Assembly (NCBI GenBank): GCA_003056265.1
Contig: NBVN01000002.1
Span: 360,001-392,000, forward strand
Length of the DNA stretch: 32,000 nucleotides
Source: Zestosphaera tikiterensis
GTDB taxonomy: Archaea > Thermoproteota > Thermoprotei_A > Sulfolobales > NBVN01
Direction of reading: 5' to 3'
Position numbers and translations under genes: made by a program. The notes under the pieces are model-generated. The model ran no database searches, was not told the DNA's origin, and saw only the letters and a list, made by a program, of their open reading frames with translations. The first letter of the stretch is position 1, and each line of letters begins with the position of its first letter. This document shows positions 25,981 to 32,000 of the stretch, in pieces.

Positions 25981-26099
25981 AAACCCCCTCATCAACCCCA
26001 AAACAAAACTACCCAACCAACATATATAAACCTTTAAAATAGAAAGAAATTAAAAACATTTAAGAATATCAAGGAATTACATAAAGGGCGATAGGGCTG

Positions 26100-26327
26100 T
26101 TGACCGAATTCGAGAATAGAATAGTAGTTGACCCCAAGATTATGGGGGGTAAACCCGTAATAAAAGGAACAAGGGTTCCCGTGTATTTTATCCTAGAGTT
26201 ATTATCTAATGGTTGGAGTATAGATGATATTTTAAGAGAATATCCGCATCTCTCAAGGGAAGACGTGTTAGCAGCTATTAAGTACGCTGCCAAGGTCTTG
26301 AGGGAGGAAGTTATTGTCAAAGCCTAG
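26100..26327 (+). CDS. DUF433 family protein (putative antitoxin)
   Basis: ..IVVDPKIMGGKPVIKGTRVPVYFILELLSNGWSIDDILREYPHLSREDVLAAIKYA.. matches the DUF433 consensus (dp.i.gGkP.i.GTRi.V..il..l..G.s.eeil..YP.Lt.edi.aAl.ya). Confidence 0.8.
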   Translation: MTEFENRIVVDPKIMGGKPVIKGTRVPVYFILELLSNGWSIDDILREYPHLSREDVLAAIKYAAKVLREEVIVKA

Positions 26328-26668
26328 ACTTCTAGCAGATTAAAATATACCTCGAACTGTTATTATTACACTTAGAGAAAAAGGATATGACATAGCCTCG
26401 GTTCGGGAGCTTAGTCCAGGTATGAGCGACGAGGAAGTAGTAGAGCTAGCTATAAAAGAGTCGAGAATTTAATAACGTTTGACAAAGACTTTGGAAGAAT
26501 AGCACTCTTAAAACCTAGAGTTCCAGGAATAATTTTACTAAGAATACCACCATTAAATCCCCTATACATAGCCGAAAGAATACTCTCAACATTGAAAGAA
26601 TAGAAAATCCATACAATAAGTTAATCATAGTCAGAAAGAAAACAATAAAAATAGTCATATTACGTTAA
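26314..26668 (+). pseudogene. DUF5615 (PIN-like, putative toxin) pseudogene
   Basis: ..RLLAD*NIPRTVIITLREKGYDIASVRELSPGMSDEEVVELAIKESR / ILITFDKDFGRIALLKPRVPGIILLRIPP.. / ..LIIVRKKTIKI. There is one in-frame TAA (26341-26343) and at least two frameshifts relative to the DUF5615 consensus. Confidence 0.7.
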
Positions 26669-26742
26669 CAATTATCCTAGGCGATGATGAGACGCCTTAC
26701 CCATTGCAGGTATTACTGAAGATGAAACTACGATATTAATTT

Positions 26743-26820
26743 TGGTGGGCCCGCGGGGACTCGAACCCCGGACCTCCGCCGTGTGAGGGCGGCGTCCTAA
26801 CCAGGCTAGACGACGGGCCC
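26743..26820 (-). tRNA. tRNA-Val (anticodon CAC), with CCA encoded
   Basis: A manual cloverleaf fold works: acceptor GGGCCCG/CGGGCCC, D stem GUCU/GGAC, anticodon stem CCGCC/GGCGG with loop CUCACAC, T stem CGGGG/CCCCG with loop UUCGAGU, discriminator A and CCA. There is no intron. Confidence 0.9.
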
Positions 26821-26846
26821 TATACCAGAAAATCAACGAGTAAGAC

Positions 26847-27299
26847 CTAATAAGTGTTTAGCTGTTGTTTTAGGTAGGTATCTAAGGTTTTAGTTATGTT
26901 TAGGTCTGCTAACACTCCAGCTATGTTTGGGGCTTTCTCTATAGTTTCTTTATCTATTTTTAATGTGTTGTTTACCTCCGTGTTTACGTCTAGCTTTATG
27001 AATTTCCAACCTATGTGCGGTAGTCTCACGGCTATGTATGGTATACCTCCAGCTCTTCTGGCGAAGTTCAGTAGCTTCTGAGTTTGTTCCTTACCTATGT
27101 ATATGTTCTCTAGCTTGGCTCTAGACTTAACTTCAAATACTGCTACCTTACCCTTCAATATAGCTACGACGTCCGGGTAGTCTGCTTTCTTTATTTTAGC
27201 TCCGCTGGCTGGAGCTCTCATTACGGCGAAGCCTAACCTCCATAAAAGCTCGACGAGTTCCCTCTCAGCTCTATATCCTTTAGCTCTTTTTCGACTCAC
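26847..27299 (-). CDS. hjc: Holliday junction resolvase Hjc
   Basis: KGYRAERELVELLWRLGFAVMRAPASG..PDVVA.....VFEVKS motifs of the archaeal Hjc nuclease fold (E..D..EVK), in about 150 aa. Confidence 0.8.
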   Translation of the reverse strand: MSRKRAKGYRAERELVELLWRLGFAVMRAPASGAKIKKADYPDVVAILKGKVAVFEVKSRAKLENIYIGKEQTQKLLNFARRAGGIPYIAVRLPHIGWKFIKLDVNTEVNNTLKIDKETIEKAPNIAGVLADLNITKTLDTYLKQQLNTY

Positions 27300-27360
27300 G
27301 TTAGAAACACCTACAACTCATTTCTATAATTAACTTATATTTCTCGAATGCTTTTAAAAA

Positions 27361-28170
27361 TTGGTGGGTAAAGTGTCTATAACGGATTTAATAACCATAT
27401 TGTTTGCGTTGGTTATAATACTGCCTATAATAGCTTCAAGCGTGAAGATAGTTAGAGAATATGAAAGAGCTGTAATATTTAGGTTAGGTAGGCTTTTAGG
27501 AGCTAAAGGACCCGGTCTTTTCCTAATAATACCCTTCGTCGATTCCTTAATGAAGGTTGACTTAAGGATAGTGACTGTAGACGTGCCTAAACAGGAGATA
27601 ATAACTAAAGATAATGTAAGCGTTAAAGTAGATGCTGTGATATACTATAGAGTTATAGATCCGGTGGCGGTGATAACTAAAGTAAGTAATTACCACTACT
27701 CGATAATGTTATTGGGTCAGACCGTGTTGAGGGACGTCATAGGTCAGGTAGAGCTTGACGACCTACTACAGCGTAGAGATGAAATAAACAAAAGAATTCA
27801 AGCGATAATAGATGAGGTAGCGGTTCCTTGGGGTATTAAAGTTACTGCCGTAACACTAAAGTCCGTTGAGTTACCTGAAGGTTTGATGAGGGCTATGGCT
27901 AAGCAGGCGGAGGCTGAGAGATGGAGGAGAGCTAGGGTAATAGAGGCTGAGGGTGAGAGGCAGGCGTCGGCGGTGTTGGGTGAGGCAGCAGCGATATATG
28001 AGAAACACCCGCTAGCTTTAAGGTTGAGGGAACTTCAAACGCTTGTTGAAGTGGCTAGGGAGAAAGCCTTAATAGTAGTTACTGAGTCGGGCACCACCGA
28101 GTTGGGTAGGTCTATAGCCGCATATAAAGCACTTAAAGAATCTCAAGTGGAAGGTGTTGAGAAGAAGTGA
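27361..28170 (+). CDS. SPFH/band-7 stomatin-like protein
   Basis: An N-terminal TM helix, then VREYERAVIFRLGR..GPGL..IPF.D....VDLR and a coiled-coil ..AEAERWRRARVIEAEGE... The start is a TTG. Confidence 0.85.
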   Translation: MVGKVSITDLITILFALVIILPIIASSVKIVREYERAVIFRLGRLLGAKGPGLFLIIPFVDSLMKVDLRIVTVDVPKQEIITKDNVSVKVDAVIYYRVIDPVAVITKVSNYHYSIMLLGQTVLRDVIGQVELDDLLQRRDEINKRIQAIIDEVAVPWGIKVTAVTLKSVELPEGLMRAMAKQAEAERWRRARVIEAEGERQASAVLGEAAAIYEKHPLALRLRELQTLVEVAREKALIVVTESGTTELGRSIAAYKALKESQVEGVEKK

Positions 28171-29516
28171 AGGGTTACGTAACGAAGGACTTCAAACGTA
28201 AGCTTTTTCTATACTTTATAATTCTTACGTTAACTCTAGCCTTAACGCAAGCTGTGGTTAAAGCGGCTTACACGGAAAAAACGTTAAATACGGCCGTGGT
28301 TTTAAGTATAGAACCTCCTTGGGACACGATAGACGATGGTGTGAAGGAATGCTTTATTGAAGCCTTAGCGAAAGCTGAAAACGAGGGTAAGGCCTTCATA
28401 TATGTGGTTAATAGTTACGGAGGGTTGCTAGACGCTGGGTATACGATAGGCGATGCTGTAAGGAATTCTAAAACTGTGACTATAGCTTACGTAACGAGTG
28501 GTAAGGCCTTAAGTGCGGCAACACTTATAATACTTCCAGCTCATGTAATAGCTTTACATCCGAATTCAATCATAGGAGCTATGCAACCCGTTATGGTGAA
28601 CCCCACAACAGGCGAGGTAACCTTCATCAACGAGTCTAAAATCGTCAAACCGATTGTGGAGAAGGCCGTTGACTACGCCTTAGCAAGGGGTAGGAACGCT
28701 TCGTTAGTGTCTGATTTCGTTTGGAAAGCTGAAACAATCAACGCCGAGAAAGCCGTTAAGTACGGTGTGGCAGATTTTACGGCGTCGAGCTTGGAGGAAG
28801 CGCTTAAGGTTTTAGAAAATAGGGAGGTAAACGTCTCAGGATCTACCTATCGTTTAAAAATAAGTAACTTAGAACGCTATCAATGCAGTGTTAGGTCAAG
28901 ACTTATTTCAATACTTGAAAATTACACCGTGTTAAACATCCTTATGACGATAGGAGTTTTAGGGACGTTAATGGCTTTACTGTCTGGTAAGCTTCAAATA
29001 CTTCCGTTAACGCTTCTATTCGTATTGCTTGGCTTAATAGGTTCGGGATTTAACCCAAACCTCATATCGTTATTCCTTATAATTCTTGGTGGGGTTTTAC
29101 TAGCTGTGGAGTTGTTCGTGCTTCCGGGGTTTGGCATAGTTGGTATCAGCGGCATAATTTTAATAGCTTTTGGATTTGCTTTACTCCCCACATATGTTCC
29201 CGCAGGTTTAATGCCGAGTGAGGAATACCTAAACACAGTTAGAGCTTTAGTTCTTACTTTAACGCTTGTTTTAGGGACGTTCTTCGGGTTCGTAACGTTT
29301 AAATTAGTGAAGATTAGGAAGAAGAAACCCGAACCTTACGGCCCGATAGGTAAGGTTGGTAAAGCTTTAGAAGACTTAAAACCCGGCGTTGAGGGTTTCA
29401 TATTACTTGAGGGTGAGTACTGGCGGGCGATTTCAGAGGAGTTCATACCTAAGGACGGTGAAGTCATCGTTGTGGACATGATCGGATCCACGCTTAAAGT
29501 AAAGAAAAAGAGCTGA
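28167..29516 (+). CDS. NfeD-like membrane-bound ClpP-class serine protease (stomatin operon partner)
   Basis: An N-terminal ClpP-like domain (..VNSYGGLLDAG..SGKALSAATLI..), a central polytopic membrane segment and a C-terminal OB-like ..GEYWRAISEE..GEVIVVD.. domain. It overlaps the stomatin gene by 4 nt. Confidence 0.8.
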   Translation: MKGYVTKDFKRKLFLYFIILTLTLALTQAVVKAAYTEKTLNTAVVLSIEPPWDTIDDGVKECFIEALAKAENEGKAFIYVVNSYGGLLDAGYTIGDAVRNSKTVTIAYVTSGKALSAATLIILPAHVIALHPNSIIGAMQPVMVNPTTGEVTFINESKIVKPIVEKAVDYALARGRNASLVSDFVWKAETINAEKAVKYGVADFTASSLEEALKVLENREVNVSGSTYRLKISNLERYQCSVRSRLISILENYTVLNILMTIGVLGTLMALLSGKLQILPLTLLFVLLGLIGSGFNPNLISLFLIILGGVLLAVELFVLPGFGIVGISGIILIAFGFALLPTYVPAGLMPSEEYLNTVRALVLTLTLVLGTFFGFVTFKLVKIRKKKPEPYGPIGKVGKALEDLKPGVEGFILLEGEYWRAISEEFIPKDGEVIVVDMIGSTLKVKKKS

Positions 29517-29587
29517 CGTTTCTAACGTAACTTTTAAAAAGCGAAAATTTCATAAGTTTTGAAAACGTTCTTCTAATTAGATGGCGA

Positions 29588-30736
29588 ATGCCGTTATCCG
29601 GTTTTGCTGACTTGCCTCTTCATTGGGGTCACGTACCCCCTTGGTTAGCTAGGATTATGTTTAACCTCTCTAAAGCAATACTTGAGGTTATGTTAATTGA
29701 GTTTAAAACGGAGGACATACTTAAGAGGTTTTCAAACCCGTTATGGTTTCAAGCCTTTAACAACGTAATAGGTATGGATTGGGACAGCAGCGGCTCCACT
29801 ACAGTAACTACAGCTATGGTTAAAAACGCTTTAAACGAATTAAACGCTGATTTAAGGGTGGCTGGAGGTAAGGGTGTCGTTTCTAGAGAAACACCCGCTG
29901 AAATCCGTAGATACGGTGATGAGTTAAGCCTAAACAGTGGCGTAGTTGAAAACCTTATTAGAATCTCTAGGTTAGGAGCTAAAGTAGATAATGCCTTACT
30001 TCAAGATGGGTTTGACCTCTACCACCATACCCTACTTTTAGACTCTAAAGGTAATTGGGTTATAGTGCAGCAAGGCATGAATACGGAGTTAAGGCTTGCG
30101 AGGAGATATCACCTAGCGTGGTTTGTAAGCGATGACCTAACGTTAGAACCTCACGCAGGCGTAGCTTCAGACATAACCACAAACCCCCTAAACTTAACAG
30201 TTAAAGACTCCCTAAACTGTAGGAAGGTCGTGCTGGAGTTACTTAATGAAAAACCTTCTAAAATAGTTGGGGAGTTAGGTAAGGTTAACGCCTTACTTAA
30301 AGGTATTAAGCCTTTATTCGGTGAAGCACTTGTTAAAACACTCCCTACGAAACTTCCATATTATAAGCCTGTAAAGTTAAGTGAAGCTTTACTGAAGCAA
30401 TTAAATAAAGCTTATGAGGTTAAGCCTGTGGATTTTAATGAAGCTTTACTTATTGCTGGACTTGGTCCTGAAACGCTTAGGGCGTTAGCTTTAATTTCTG
30501 AGTTAATATATAGGGAACCACCTTCGAATAAAGACGTAGTCACACACTCTTACGACCCGTTTAAATATGCTTACGCTATAGGAGGTAAGGACGGCGTCCC
30601 ATACCCCGTTAAGAAGGAGGTTGCTTTGAGGGTTATTAAAGAGCTTGAGGATTTAGTGAGTAATGCCAGGTTAGGTGATAAGGAAAGGCTTTTAGCTTTT
30701 AGAGCGTTAAGTAGGTTAGCACCTAAGGACGTTTGA
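29588..30736 (+). CDS. DUF763 domain protein
   Basis: ADLPLHWGHVPPWL.., ..NPLWFQAFNNVIGMDWDSSGSTTVTTAMVKNAL.. resemble the conserved archaeal DUF763 family, recalled from memory. The size (382 aa) fits. Confidence 0.6.
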   Translation: MPLSGFADLPLHWGHVPPWLARIMFNLSKAILEVMLIEFKTEDILKRFSNPLWFQAFNNVIGMDWDSSGSTTVTTAMVKNALNELNADLRVAGGKGVVSRETPAEIRRYGDELSLNSGVVENLIRISRLGAKVDNALLQDGFDLYHHTLLLDSKGNWVIVQQGMNTELRLARRYHLAWFVSDDLTLEPHAGVASDITTNPLNLTVKDSLNCRKVVLELLNEKPSKIVGELGKVNALLKGIKPLFGEALVKTLPTKLPYYKPVKLSEALLKQLNKAYEVKPVDFNEALLIAGLGPETLRALALISELIYREPPSNKDVVTHSYDPFKYAYAIGGKDGVPYPVKKEVALRVIKELEDLVSNARLGDKERLLAFRALSRLAPKDV

Positions 30737-30782
30737 GAGATTACGTCTAAAGTTAATTAACCCTAGAGCTACTACATATCTG

Positions 30783-31847
30783 GTGTCTTTACTGACGTTA
30801 GGAACGATGTTCCCTTGCTTTAAAGGGGAATATAAAGGTGTGCCATACAGATATACAAACTTAATGCTAGGTAAGTTAGGAGGTCCTAACAACCCTAAAC
30901 ACCTAACCTCCACTATATATGTAGAGAATGTCTTAAGCAAGGCCGTACTTACGCTGTTAGTAAGGGGTAGGGATTTAAAGCCTAGGATAACGCCTTGGAA
31001 AATCTCTCTCAACGACGTTACGTTATCGAGAGAGTTTAAACCGCAAACGCTGTTGGAGTTTAGTGATTCTACTTACGCCCTCCTAGCGTATGAGGTCACC
31101 CCAATAGCTACTAACCCTGGGAAATACCTTCTAAAGATATCTTCAGAAACGTCAGAAACTCTGGAAGTCCTTCAAGCAAGTTTAACAGGTGTTTCAGAAT
31201 CCATGAATGTTTTAACTGCTGTAAGCCATTACTCAGGTATTGTAGGCCTAGCTCCAGGAGAATCTACGGCATTTGAATTACCTGATAAAGGTTTCTCTTT
31301 AGGCGCATATTTAAGTGTTAAAACGCCTTCTAAAAATTCAGCCTTAGTTATAGAGCATGGAGGTATAAAATCAAGGTATGCAAACCTACTTGAAGTTGAT
31401 GAGGTAGTAATTAAAGACATGACAACAGCAGTTGATGATAAGACGTTAAAGATAAAACACGAGGTTTTAAACAATAATAACGTCGGAAGCTTAAGTGTTA
31501 AAACACTTCTCTTAAGTGACGTTTTAATATATAAACCACTCAGCAGAGGTCCACAACTTAACCTAGACTTGATTAAAGCTAGTGACGGAAGAATCGAAGT
31601 TTTAGTGTCTAATGAAGGTGATGTCAACGCGGAAAAACCGCAGTTGGTTCTCTTAGCCAACGGTAGGTTAATTAATAAATACGTTATCGATAAGTTAATT
31701 CCTGGAGAAATTAAGAATTTAGAACTTAAGTTATCGGATAATGTAAACGTAAGTGGTTTAATACTCAGGCTAATCTACAATAGCGTTTGGGGGCAGACAT
31801 ACAAGTCGGTAAGGCTTGACGACCTTCTTAAAAAAGTAAAGCCTTGA
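30783..31847 (+). CDS. Hypothetical beta-rich protein with a CARDB-like C-terminal segment
   Basis: A 354-aa GTG-start ORF. The C-terminal ..IEVLVSNEGDVNAEKPQLVLLANGRLINKYVIDKLIPGEIKNLELKL.. resembles CARDB/Ig-like repeats. No signal peptide is evident. Confidence 0.45.
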   Translation: MSLLTLGTMFPCFKGEYKGVPYRYTNLMLGKLGGPNNPKHLTSTIYVENVLSKAVLTLLVRGRDLKPRITPWKISLNDVTLSREFKPQTLLEFSDSTYALLAYEVTPIATNPGKYLLKISSETSETLEVLQASLTGVSESMNVLTAVSHYSGIVGLAPGESTAFELPDKGFSLGAYLSVKTPSKNSALVIEHGGIKSRYANLLEVDEVVIKDMTTAVDDKTLKIKHEVLNNNNVGSLSVKTLLLSDVLIYKPLSRGPQLNLDLIKASDGRIEVLVSNEGDVNAEKPQLVLLANGRLINKYVIDKLIPGEIKNLELKLSDNVNVSGLILRLIYNSVWGQTYKSVRLDDLLKKVKP

Positions 31848-31873
31848 GGAGTGAATCTCCTAAGAAGGCTAGG

Positions 31874-32000
31874 ATGCCTAAAAATATCGAAACCTTAAGA
31901 TATGACCTCACCTTGCCCGCTATGACTTCAGGTTCGGAACTTCTTAACATGTTGAGAGAGTTTATTACGGAGTATATTATTAAGGCGTCAGTTGCTAACG
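31874..32000 (+). CDS. 5' fragment of an ORF running off the window (unknown product)
   Basis: The frame from the ATG at 31874 stays open to the window end (MPKNIETLRYDLTLPAMTSGSELLNMLREFITEYIIKASVAN..). An in-frame TTG at 31844 is an alternative start. Confidence 0.3.
   Translation, partial: MPKNIETLRYDLTLPAMTSGSELLNMLREFITEYIIKASVAN

Noticed and set aside
24459-26742. An integrase or other mobility gene associated with the tRNA-Val att duplication.
   Set aside because: I read all six frames by eye and found no open or recognisably degraded integrase (tyrosine recombinase R..HxxR..Y) frame. Only toxin-antitoxin remnants and the F2 repeat are present.

Overview
The window looks like chromosomal DNA from an AT-rich, probably hyperthermophilic crenarchaeon (Thermoproteota). 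That assignment is inference from archaeal gene content (RtcB, Hjc, diphthine synthase, RibL, ribosomal L2 and stalk protein P1, archaeal-type tRNA-Val) and from sharply GC-rich islands in AT-rich DNA. Most of the window is compact housekeeping and transport coding sequence: a TAXI-type TRAP transporter operon, NAPRTase, ADP-forming acetyl-CoA synthetase alpha subunit, Nudix hydrolase, a dphB-ribL operon, a stomatin/NfeD pair and DUF763. All protein names come from motif recognition by eye; no database search was possible.

Five things stand out.
1. A TnpB-like (IS200/IS605 OrfB-type) RuvC/zinc-ribbon gene sits 26 nt upstream of an isolated rpl2. A small AbrB-like ORF precedes it. A palindromic TATA box lies between that ORF and a divergent 156-nt GC-rich structured RNA gene, which has a second copy at 9083-9239 with compensatory stem changes.
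2. A second family of GC-rich structured repeats has four copies. Three of them lie against the 3' ends of convergent genes.
3. A decaying integration hotspot lies at tRNA-Val(CAC). It holds a 45-nt duplicate of the tRNA 3' half and two tandem DUF433/DUF5615 toxin-antitoxin modules in different stages of decay.
4. A regulator-linked cluster encodes an ICL/PEP-mutase-family lyase, a DUF3311-like peptide, an SSS transporter and LeuC/LeuD-like dehydratase subunits. The large subunit is interrupted by a -1 frameshift at a T6 run.
5. A radical-SAM gene has its CxxxCxxC motif upstream of any canonical start codon.

No rRNA genes and no CRISPR array are present.
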